A stretch of 64,000 bases of DNA from Candidatus Bipolaricaulota bacterium (GTDB lineage: Bacteria > Bipolaricaulota > Bipolaricaulia > UBA7950 > UBA9294), in assembly GCA_028277345.1 (NCBI GenBank), contig JANQGM010000039.1, forward strand, positions 55,728 to 119,727. Direction: 5' to 3'. The position numbers and the translations under genes are program-made. This document shows, in pieces, positions 1 to 7,696 of the stretch (the first letter of the stretch is position 1; every line of letters begins with the position of its first letter). The notes under the pieces are model-generated. The model made no database searches. It worked only from the letters and a program-made list of their open reading frames with translations, and had not been told where the DNA came from.

Positions 1-786
1 GGTCCGTTTACCTTCAACGGCGTTCGTTTCGCCTTGGGGGCGCTGGTCTTGCTCCCCTTCCTTCGGTTTGGCGATCGTCTATCCGCGATGCGGTCATACG
101 ACACGACGCCCGCGCAGCAGTGGGGCGGCCTAGCTCTCGCCGGTGTGGTGCTGTTTGTCTCCGCCAATCTCCAGCAAATGGGGCTGGTCTTTACGACGGC
201 GGGGAAGGCGGGATTCATCACGGGCCTGTACGTCGTCATCGTCCCCGTGTTGGGCACATTTCGGCGACAGCGGGTGTCCGGCTTCATCTGGGTGGGATGC
301 GCCGTGGCGGTTCTGGGTCTGTATCTGTTGAGCGTTACAGGGCGATTCGCTCTTTCAATTGGAGATGGGCTGGTGCTGTGCAGTGCCTTGGGGTGGGCCG
401 TTCACGTTCACATCGTCGGATGGTTGGCGGAGCGGGTGGCGCCCCTTCGAGCGGCGCTGGTTCAGTTTGCCATTTGCTCGCTTCTGAGCCTGTTGACGGC
501 GGCTTTTACCGAGACGATCGAACTCAGGAATCTCGTGAGCGCAGGGTGGATGATTGCTTACGCGGGCGTCCTGTCGGTTGGCATCGCCTACACCTTGCAA
601 GTGATTGGGCAGCGCAGGGTGGATCCGGCGCGCGCCGGCATTCTTCTCAGTTTGGAGGCCCTGTTCGCCGTTCTGGGCGGGTGGATTCTTCTTGCGGAGC
701 GGTTGTCAACTCGCGGCATGATCGGGTGCGGACTGATGCTCGCGGGGATGGTGCTCGCTCAACGGCGATCCAAACCGAACCCCTAA
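1..786 (+). CDS. EamA/DMT-family transporter, 5' end cut by window edge
   Basis: Frame 1 is open from base 1 to TAA at 784-786. The product is a multi-TM, Gly/Leu/Val-rich protein with EamA-like segments (GFITGLYVVIVPVLG, GVLSVGIAYTLQVIG). Confidence 0.8.
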   Translation, partial: GPFTFNGVRFALGALVLLPFLRFGDRLSAMRSYDTTPAQQWGGLALAGVVLFVSANLQQMGLVFTTAGKAGFITGLYVVIVPVLGTFRRQRVSGFIWVGCAVAVLGLYLLSVTGRFALSIGDGLVLCSALGWAVHVHIVGWLAERVAPLRAALVQFAICSLLSLLTAAFTETIELRNLVSAGWMIAYAGVLSVGIAYTLQVIGQRRVDPARAGILLSLEALFAVLGGWILLAERLSTRGMIGCGLMLAGMVLAQRRSKPNP

Positions 787-799
787 GAAGCGGCGTACG

Positions 800-1279
800 C
801 TAAGTATCCGTGTAGTACGGACGTAAAAGAAGCTGCATGATCTCCGTGCGCTGAGAGAATCCCTCACGCTGGTAGAAGGGCGCCGCACGGTCGGAGGGCC
901 AGACGATCAGAAGCTCTAGGTCTTCACGAACCGCCCACTCTCGAACCTCCTTCAGTAGACGGCTGCCAAGGCCTCGGTTTCGAGCTTCAGGGCGCGTATA
1001 GGTATTCGTGATATAACCGAACCAGTCATCCGTTCGATGAGGGCGTGGCGCCATGGGAACCTTCTGCAGGCAGATGTGAGATAGAATCGTGTCTCCGTCG
1101 ACGGCCAGCCAGATCAGTCGTTCTCCTGATTCGAATCCTTCGGTAAAAAAGCGGATAAACACCGAAGTGAACGCTTCATGAAACATCCGAGGGATCTCCC
1201 CATCCTCCTCGGTCCGCGAGACCCATCGCAGTTCGGCCAACTGGGCAAGGTCGTGATGCGTTGCTTGGCGAAGGTTCAT
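800..1279 (-). CDS. GNAT-family N-acetyltransferase
   Basis: 159 aa. It carries the acetyl-CoA-binding motif RNRGLGSRLL followed by PFYQREGF. It abuts the next gene with a 0-nt gap. Confidence 0.85.
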   Translation of the reverse strand: MNLRQATHHDLAQLAELRWVSRTEEDGEIPRMFHEAFTSVFIRFFTEGFESGERLIWLAVDGDTILSHICLQKVPMAPRPHRTDDWFGYITNTYTRPEARNRGLGSRLLKEVREWAVREDLELLIVWPSDRAAPFYQREGFSQRTEIMQLLLRPYYTDT

Positions 1280-1540
1280 TCAACGTTCCTGATTGTGAAG
1301 GCCGTCCGAATCGTTCCAATCGGCGAACGATCCATATGTCAGGTCAAGGGCCTCGATCAATGGCTTCGCTCGTTCGAGATCCTGTTGAGGAACGAGAAAC
1401 CGAACGGGTTCGATGATGGGGCGGACCGCATGAAAGTGCTCGCCTTGGGCGAGATATGAAATGCCTTCGCTGTCCAGGAGGGATTTGATCAACGCAATCT
1501 CGGCGATATTCGATGTGGCAACCAATTCCTTTAAGCCCAT
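1280..1540 (-). CDS. DUF2007-like small protein (putative signal-transducing, PII-like fold)
   Basis: 86 aa. The pattern (NIAEIALIKSLLDSEGISY...VPQQDLERAKPLI) is typical of DUF2007. It overlaps the upstream methyltransferase by 10 nt. Confidence 0.6.
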   Translation of the reverse strand: MGLKELVATSNIAEIALIKSLLDSEGISYLAQGEHFHAVRPIIEPVRFLVPQQDLERAKPLIEALDLTYGSFADWNDSDGLHNQER

Positions 1541-2166
1541 GCGGCTCCTTTCATCGCGCGTAGCGTAAGGGATTGAAAGTGGAGTTGAGCGTTTCTTCTA
1601 TCGTGATGAGGAACGTGAAAATCGACCTGCTCGAACCCCCGGCTTGCGATCCGTTGAAGCTGAGCATCCTCGAAGAAGGAGAAGAAACGAGATGGTGTGA
1701 GAGCGTCTTCTGTGTAGGTGCCTTCGTGATCGAATCCACCCCACATCCCCAAAAAGAAAAGCCCTCTCGATCGGAGCACACGGTGGACCTCTCTGAGCGC
1801 ACGAGGGAAATCCGCCTTGGGAACATGAAGGAAGCAGTTTATCGAGTAGACGGCATCGAAGGCATCCGCCTCGAAACTCAGTTTCCGAACGTCCATCTCC
1901 TTGGCCGTCAAGCCCTTGTCCCGACACGACGCGACCATTTCAGGGGTCAAATCGATGCAGGTGACATCGAGACCGCGATCCGAGAAATAGAGGGCGTCGG
2001 TCCCTGTTCCTGCGCCGACCTCCAAGAGCTTGACTGCCTCTTCCTTCTTGAGGCGTGTGAGGAAATTGTCCCGCTCAGCCACCTTCCATGCGGGGAGTTC
2101 GCGAGCCTCCCGCCGGGACACATCCGCTGCATAGGTGCGGCGAAGGTCTTGATCCAAGGACGTCAT
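1531..2166 (-). CDS. Class I SAM-dependent methyltransferase
   Basis: 211 aa. SAM motif I is LLEVGAGTGTDALYF, with an acidic post-I residue in CIDLT. Confidence 0.85.
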   Translation of the reverse strand: MTSLDQDLRRTYAADVSRREARELPAWKVAERDNFLTRLKKEEAVKLLEVGAGTGTDALYFSDRGLDVTCIDLTPEMVASCRDKGLTAKEMDVRKLSFEADAFDAVYSINCFLHVPKADFPRALREVHRVLRSRGLFFLGMWGGFDHEGTYTEDALTPSRFFSFFEDAQLQRIASRGFEQVDFHVPHHDRRNAQLHFQSLTLRAMKGAAWA

Positions 2167-2870
2167 GAGACGCCTCCGTTCATGGGGAAGATGAGGGGAA
2201 GCAGGTCATCCAGCTGAGCGATCTCGTAGGTTGGGACGTGCGTGGACGTGTTCGCGCGATGCGTCGGATTGAACCAGCACGTCGCGATCCCATAGTCCGC
2301 TCCCCCACGAATATCCGACGACAGGGAATCTCCGACGATCAGCACATCTTTGCGTTTTGGATGGCCCATTCGAGCGAAGGCGAGGTCAAAAATGGCAGGA
2401 TTGGGCTTGGCGAGGCCTTCTTCCTCGGAAATCAGGATGTGATCGAAACAGGGTTCCAATCCAAGCTTGGCGATGCGCGCACGCTGGACGTCTGCGAAGC
2501 CATTGGTCAGCAACATGAGGCCCACACGGTCTTTCATGGCTGCCAGCAGGCGTTCGGCCCCGTCAAGAAAGACGGACTCTTCAATGACGTGTTTGAGGAA
2601 CGTCTCGCTAAGCTGCTCGGAATCACAGGCAAGCTCCAGCTGTTGGCAGATCTGCTGGAAACGAAGGGTTCGAACATCGCGAGGCCCAAGATGGCCGGAT
2701 TCGAACTCCGTCCATAGCGAGGCGTTAATTCGGTGATACGTGTCTGCAAAGGGTGAGGGAACGTCGATTCCCAACGACGCTGGCGCCGTCTTCAGCGCCA
2801 GACGCTCGGCATGGTCGAAATCCAGTAGCGTTCCATCGGCATCCAGGATGACCCAGGTATAGGAAGGCAT
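2163..2870 (-). CDS. HAD-superfamily hydrolase (YjjG-like nucleotidase subfamily)
   Basis: 235 aa. HAD motifs are ILDADGTLLDF (DxDxT), LLTNG and VGDSLSSDIRGG. Confidence 0.8.
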   Translation of the reverse strand: MPSYTWVILDADGTLLDFDHAERLALKTAPASLGIDVPSPFADTYHRINASLWTEFESGHLGPRDVRTLRFQQICQQLELACDSEQLSETFLKHVIEESVFLDGAERLLAAMKDRVGLMLLTNGFADVQRARIAKLGLEPCFDHILISEEEGLAKPNPAIFDLAFARMGHPKRKDVLIVGDSLSSDIRGGADYGIATCWFNPTHRANTSTHVPTYEIAQLDDLLPLIFPMNGGVS

Positions 2871-2871
2871 C

Positions 2872-3273
2872 CTATTCCACCTCGCTAGGCGGTGTGCGCT
2901 CAGCTTCCGCGGTTTCTTTGAGCAGCAGCATCCGGGCGAGATAGGCTGTGCTGATACCTAGAGGAGGAAAGACAGAGAGAAGCGATTCCGGCAACGATTT
3001 CCATCCGGCAAAGGCGATGAAATAGGCGAGCCCCAAGGCGAGAAACCCCAAAGCCGCCAAGCCGTCCCGCCGCCAGCCAATCAGGAGAAGGGCGATCACA
3101 CAGAACGAGGGAATGAGATTGGAGATGAACGTCTCGGTGGTTTGCCAGAATTCCATGCTCTCGAAGAATGCGGTCAAGGCGAAAAGGGCAAGGAAGGCAG
3201 CGAAAGCGGCGGCCAGAACACGCGGTAGCCACAGCAGCGCCTGCACGATTCCCTTCTGTTCGGCACGCTTCAT
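2872..3273 (-). CDS. Small integral membrane protein, unknown function
   Basis: I used the internal ATG at 3273 (MKRAEQKG...). There are four hydrophobic segments. The 109 upstream codons of the listed ORF are Arg/Pro-rich and overlap the tautomerase gene. Confidence 0.6.
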   Translation of the reverse strand: MKRAEQKGIVQALLWLPRVLAAAFAAFLALFALTAFFESMEFWQTTETFISNLIPSFCVIALLLIGWRRDGLAALGFLALGLAYFIAFAGWKSLPESLLSVFPPLGISTAYLARMLLLKETAEAERTPPSEVE

Positions 3274-3287
3274 CGCTGTCCTCTCAT

Positions 3288-3656
3288 CTAGGTTACACGT
3301 TTCCCGCCGAACGAGACTCTTCCCTTGCCCGGTGGGAGATAGAGGAGATGAACGTTCTCCTCCGGTCGGCCGAGGATGCGCGCGAAGGCACGTGTGAGTC
3401 CGAGAATTTCGCTCTGGAACTGCTGATCGTCGGGGCGCTCCGCCTTGAGGATTGACACAAAGACGGGGCAAACGGTGCCCGGTTGTTGCATTCCATTCTC
3501 CGCATACTGATCTTCGGGCAGCTCTCGCAGGCGAACCCACGTTCGTCCGGGAGCCGTCGCGAAGATTTCCGCAGCCGCATCGGCGAGTTGAGACGCCCAA
3601 CGGGGCTGAACCCGCTCACAGTCCGATAGAACGATCTCTACATCAAGAAGTGGCAT
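3288..3656 (-). CDS. Tautomerase-superfamily protein (4-OT/MIF-like, long form)
   Basis: I chose the start so the product begins Met-Pro (MPLLDVEIV), giving the Pro-1 typical of this family. The region WVRLRELPEDQYAENG also fits. A GGTGA SD lies upstream. Confidence 0.6.
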   Translation of the reverse strand: MPLLDVEIVLSDCERVQPRWASQLADAAAEIFATAPGRTWVRLRELPEDQYAENGMQQPGTVCPVFVSILKAERPDDQQFQSEILGLTRAFARILGRPEENVHLLYLPPGKGRVSFGGKRVT

Positions 3657-3661
3657 GCTGA

Positions 3662-4261
3662 TCACCGGTTCATTCTAGACGAAGAGACCTCATCGCGTCG
3701 CCTGAGATAGGAGATCGTTGTGACATCGCGCGGTTGTCCATCAGGTCCCATCCGAGTTTCCGGATAGCGGGAAGCTTCGCGGAATCCGCATCGCGCCGCG
3801 ACAGCCTGGCTGCGCAGATTTGTCTCGTTGCAATGGATTCGAACGTGATGCGCGCCGAGATGCGAGAAGATCTGGGGGATGCTTCCTTGAACAGCTTCGC
3901 TAACCAGTCCCTTCCCTTCGTGTTCACAGTCCGCGAAGTATCCGATGATGAAGTCCGTAGGCTCCGATTGGAAGAGGCCGACATAAATCTGGGCAGCGAA
4001 TGCCTTCGTCTGTTTATCAAAGGCGCCGAGAAAGTAGCAGGCGCCTTGATCCCAATACATGGCGAGTTCCCGCAGGGTTTCACGTGCGTGCTCAAGCGAG
4101 GTCAGCGACATCACCACATTGCCGGATTCGTAGCGGCGAAGGTGCTCTCGATTGCGGAGGCTCATCGGATAGAACCAGTTTGCATCGTCTTCGGTATAGC
4201 GGCGGATAACCAGACGGTCGGTCTCGTAGCGATCGGGAAGCCTATCCAAAGGGTGCGTCAC
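3662..4261 (-). CDS. GNAT-family N-acetyltransferase (RimJ/RimL-like)
   Basis: 199 aa. It has a DRLVIRRYTEDD N-terminal signature and ends NLRSQAVAARCGFRE. Confidence 0.8.
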   Translation of the reverse strand: MTHPLDRLPDRYETDRLVIRRYTEDDANWFYPMSLRNREHLRRYESGNVVMSLTSLEHARETLRELAMYWDQGACYFLGAFDKQTKAFAAQIYVGLFQSEPTDFIIGYFADCEHEGKGLVSEAVQGSIPQIFSHLGAHHVRIHCNETNLRSQAVAARCGFREASRYPETRMGPDGQPRDVTTISYLRRRDEVSSSRMNR

Positions 4262-4312
4262 GCAACCTCAAGTGAGCGCATGAGATGAAGCCGACGTGAC
4301 GCCGAAAGGATA

Positions 4313-4555
4313 TTACGCATCGTCGCAGATCTCATCTTCATCGACGCGAAAGCCGGTCCCATCGGCGAAGAATTTCCGACGTTCGGCCAAAAAAGCGATC
4401 AGTTCATCCGCTGTCATGTTTTCGGCCGAGCACGTATGAAAGCGGGCGTTCGGTCCGAACCATGAGTCGATGGCCGCCTTCAGGGACGCTTCGGTAAACG
4501 GGACATCGGTTTCGATCATCTTGCGCATGACGTCGTGCCCATGAATGCTACTCAT
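4313..4555 (-). CDS. yecH: YecH-like (DUF2492) putative metal-binding protein
   Basis: 80 aa. MSSIHGHDV...ARFHTCSAENMTADELIAFL matches my memory of YecH-family sequences. Confidence 0.65.
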   Translation of the reverse strand: MSSIHGHDVMRKMIETDVPFTEASLKAAIDSWFGPNARFHTCSAENMTADELIAFLAERRKFFADGTGFRVDEDEICDDA

Positions 4556-4737
4556 CGAATCACCGCGGACATTGTCTGTCAGAGCACCTCTTCGATCAAC
4601 TACTGGAATGGGCGGGACCGAAGTTGCATGTGGCGCCTCGAAGGCGCTTACGCCAAGAGCGAACGCATACCAGAGTTTGCCGAATTGATCATACAGCCGC
4701 CTTCAGCCCGATTGCGCAAAAAACGGGACATGAACGT

Positions 4738-4986
4738 TCACCGCTTCCAGAAGGTGAACTCCGGTTCGAAGCACGTTCCATCCAGTTCTGAAACCATGTC
4801 TTGCATTCGCGCTTGGGCGTCGGCAACAGCGCGGTTGTAGATGACGGGACCGAACTCCTTCAGGATGTAATCGATCATCAGAGATGCTTTGAGATCGCCG
4901 ATCGATTGGTCCAAGCTTTCTTCGAAGTACTGTTTGATCGAAATGATCAGCTGATCCACGGTTTCTTTTTCGAGTTTGACGGGCAT
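4738..4986 (-). CDS. DUF2164-family protein
   Basis: 82 aa. IKQYFEESLDQSIGDLKASLMIDYILKEFGPVIYNRAVADAQ resembles DUF2164. Confidence 0.6.
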   Translation of the reverse strand: MPVKLEKETVDQLIISIKQYFEESLDQSIGDLKASLMIDYILKEFGPVIYNRAVADAQARMQDMVSELDGTCFEPEFTFWKR

Positions 4987-5021
4987 CCCTCCTCCTTCGT
5001 TCGTGGGTGAAATTGTACACG

Positions 5022-6479
5022 CTACGGACGTTTCCCGATCAAAAAGGCGTAGGTTTGCTCAGGGCAGATCGCGCCGCTTCCGTTTCCGGAAGAATCCGAC
5101 GGATCGGAGATATGGTTGCCCCAGCCTGACACCGTCCCCTCGAAGTGGTGCATCGAATCTGGACCGCCGAGTTCCTGGCATGCCGGCGAATGAAAGCGAA
5201 CGCCCATTCCTCCGTTGTAATGAAACTGGTTCTCTTGGAGATGGACCACGGCGTGGTCCCATACGAGCAGGCCATCTTGCTGATTGGCGGCGATTGTGCT
5301 GTTTTTCAGGATCAGATCGGCATCTTCCTCCACGTGGATGCCGGCGCCGGCATTGTTCTCGATGGTGCTCTCTTCAATGGTTAGGATGGACCTCGACGTG
5401 GCAAACACGCCGGCAAGGTTTCGATAGGGGAGCGCCGCGATCTCTAAGACGCCGTTGTCGGCAATGTGTGTTCGAGAAATCCGAAGGGTCGCAGGGGTGG
5501 GGGAGAGAACGCCGAATTCTCTGTTTCCACGGATCTCACAGTGGTCGATGGTAAGGTCTCCTCCGAAGGAAATGATGCCGCTTTCGCGAGCATTCTCCAC
5601 CCGACAGTTCACGAGTGTCAGAACGACATTCCGTTGGTTGAAGCTGGCGAAGAGGCTGATCCCATATTGTCCTCCGCGGAGAGTGAGATCTGAAATCTCG
5701 ATGTGGATGATCCCCGCATCTTGGTTTCGGAGGAGATAGAGAATCGGTTCATCGTCGTCCAACCCTTGAAGAAGGACATCTCCCTCCGTATTCGGATCCT
5801 TGGCCAGGATGAGCGATTTGTCGATGGAGACCCGGGAAGACAGGGCGTAGGTGCCCGCGGAAAGATAGAGGGTGCCTCCAGGAAGTAGTTGATCGACGGC
5901 TTCCTGAATGGACTGCTCTGGAGAGATATGGATCACGCTGTTGGGAAGCCAGTCAATCATTTGGCGAATCCCAGGCAATCCAAACCCGGATTCATCGGCC
6001 CCGAGAGCTGCCAAGAGATAGGCGTACGCGCGGTGGGCGTAGGCTGGGAGAGGTGCTCCTTCAGTTTCGACCCCCGCGACGGCGGCCTCTCCGGCAAGCG
6101 TCACAAAATGGACGACCGAGGATATGGCATTTTCGAAATCGACCTGGAGTATGGAGGGAAAGGTCGAACGAAACACGGCGTCACGCGCGATCAGCGCCGA
6201 GGGAAGCAAGCCGCTTCGAGGCGCAGTTGATCCGGGATGTTCGTCGAGCATGTCGACGAGGGCCTGAAGGTGAAGGCGCGCGTCCGCCTCATCGACGGCT
6301 AGTACCGATGCCTTGGCCAAGTACAGGGCAAGCTCCGTCGTCTCGGCGAGCGTTGTCAGTTCATCCAGCAACGTCGAGCCCGCTTCACCCCGAATTGATC
6401 CGGCGAGAACGCAGAGAAGACCGATGAGCAGGATTGATCGCAATCCTCCTCGAGCGAGGGATCGCAGATTATGATTCAC
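5022..6479 (-). CDS. Secreted right-handed parallel beta-helix repeat protein (pectate-lyase/NosD-like fold)
   Basis: 485 aa with a GTG start behind an AAGGAG SD. There is an N-terminal signal peptide. The C-terminal half has repeated beta-helix turns (LTLRGGQYGISL, VENARESGIISF, IRGNREFGVLS, IENNAGAGIHV, IAANQQDGLLV, FHYNGGMGVRF). Confidence 0.75.
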   Translation of the reverse strand: MNHNLRSLARGGLRSILLIGLLCVLAGSIRGEAGSTLLDELTTLAETTELALYLAKASVLAVDEADARLHLQALVDMLDEHPGSTAPRSGLLPSALIARDAVFRSTFPSILQVDFENAISSVVHFVTLAGEAAVAGVETEGAPLPAYAHRAYAYLLAALGADESGFGLPGIRQMIDWLPNSVIHISPEQSIQEAVDQLLPGGTLYLSAGTYALSSRVSIDKSLILAKDPNTEGDVLLQGLDDDEPILYLLRNQDAGIIHIEISDLTLRGGQYGISLFASFNQRNVVLTLVNCRVENARESGIISFGGDLTIDHCEIRGNREFGVLSPTPATLRISRTHIADNGVLEIAALPYRNLAGVFATSRSILTIEESTIENNAGAGIHVEEDADLILKNSTIAANQQDGLLVWDHAVVHLQENQFHYNGGMGVRFHSPACQELGGPDSMHHFEGTVSGWGNHISDPSDSSGNGSGAICPEQTYAFLIGKRP

Positions 6480-7413
6480 GGCTGACTCCTTTTTCTCCGT
6501 CCATTGCCGAAGAGTCTCGATCCTTCACCGATTCGGACGGAGGAAGATTCTCGGGAACATATCGATATCCAAAGCCCTTCTCATTGACCAGGCAGGTCTC
6601 CGAACCGGAGATCACCGCGACGAGTTTCCGACGGATTTTGTAGATGCACTGCCGGATATCGTTGGAATCCGCGTAGGGCGAATCCGGCCACACCGTTCGA
6701 AGAATCTGTTCTTCGGAGAAGAGACGTCCGGGTTTCGATACGAGCAACTCCATCAGGCAGTACTGCTTGGGGGTCAAGGGAAGGGGGAGTCCATGCAAGT
6801 GGACTTGCTTGCTCCCTGTATCGATGCGGATGGGAGTCTCTGCAGGCGCATGCCGGATCATACGGCGTCCGAAGAGAACGGCCGCCCCAGCGGAGGAAGC
6901 CCATAGTGCAAGCATGATCATGGCAATCCGGAAGGAGGCAGCGGCAACGCGTGAGCGGACGGCGTTAGCATCCATAACGATGCGAGCGCCTCCGCGCAGG
7001 ACGGGATCTTCGAACGGAAGAAGGAGGACGTGCGTCCACCCCCCGGGCGATCGGGACAGCTGCATCGAGGGTTCAGGAGGCACGGAGCCGGGTGGTTCGT
7101 GCTGCGCGTCTGGAAGTTCCGGCAAGTGGAGGAAAACGTCGCTTTCACTGAACAAGAGGATGGATTGCGTCCCCCCCGCCATCATCACGTCGCTGACGTG
7201 GCGAAGGACATTGAATTCGCCCCGGGCGATCCACCGTTCGGCCGCACGAACGAATGCGGAGGACGAGAGGTAGGCTCGATCCAGCGATTCGCGGACGTGC
7301 CGCCGGCAAGCAATGAATCCCCACCCCGCACCAATTGTGGCCGAAAGGAACAAGGTCGCGATGAGGAACCCGATGACGACGCGTGTTTGCCTGCTGAACA
7401 TGGAAGAACTCAC
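6469..7413 (-). CDS. Membrane protein with two TM segments and a C-terminal OmpR/PhoB-type winged-helix DNA-binding domain
   Basis: The C-terminus (LTPKQYCLMELLVSKPGRLFSEEQILRTVWP...IRQCIYKIRRKL...GFGYRY) is a trans_reg_C-type wHTH. TM segments sit at about aa 12-35 and 165-190. I see no receiver or kinase motifs. The start is uncertain (GTG 7413 or ATG 7401). Confidence 0.7.
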   Translation of the reverse strand: MSSSMFSRQTRVVIGFLIATLFLSATIGAGWGFIACRRHVRESLDRAYLSSSAFVRAAERWIARGEFNVLRHVSDVMMAGGTQSILLFSESDVFLHLPELPDAQHEPPGSVPPEPSMQLSRSPGGWTHVLLLPFEDPVLRGGARIVMDANAVRSRVAAASFRIAMIMLALWASSAGAAVLFGRRMIRHAPAETPIRIDTGSKQVHLHGLPLPLTPKQYCLMELLVSKPGRLFSEEQILRTVWPDSPYADSNDIRQCIYKIRRKLVAVISGSETCLVNEKGFGYRYVPENLPPSESVKDRDSSAMDGEKGVSRES

Positions 7414-7696
7414 GTTCTTACGGTACCGGAGTCCCGAAGCGGTAACAATGGTTCAGCGGCCGATAACAGGACGATAATGCATGAGGTCGGCCACTGTGCC
7501 CGCGAGCTTTCCCGATCATCGCCCCCGAGTTTCCTGTGAAGGCCGCTTGATCTTACGTGCGTCCGGACACCTCTCGCCAAGGGCGGTAACGATTCGCTGA
7601 TCGAGAAATAACTGGCGGTCTATCGCCTGATTCCTTTTGAGCGTTGATGATGCTGGCGGACCTTGTCGAGCGACGACAGGGTATAAGGAGGGTTCA

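Noticed and set aside
3274-3600. The upstream 109 codons of the 2872-3600 ORF.
   Set aside because: It is Arg/Pro/Gly-rich and overlaps the tautomerase gene. An internal ATG at 3273 gives a coherent membrane protein.
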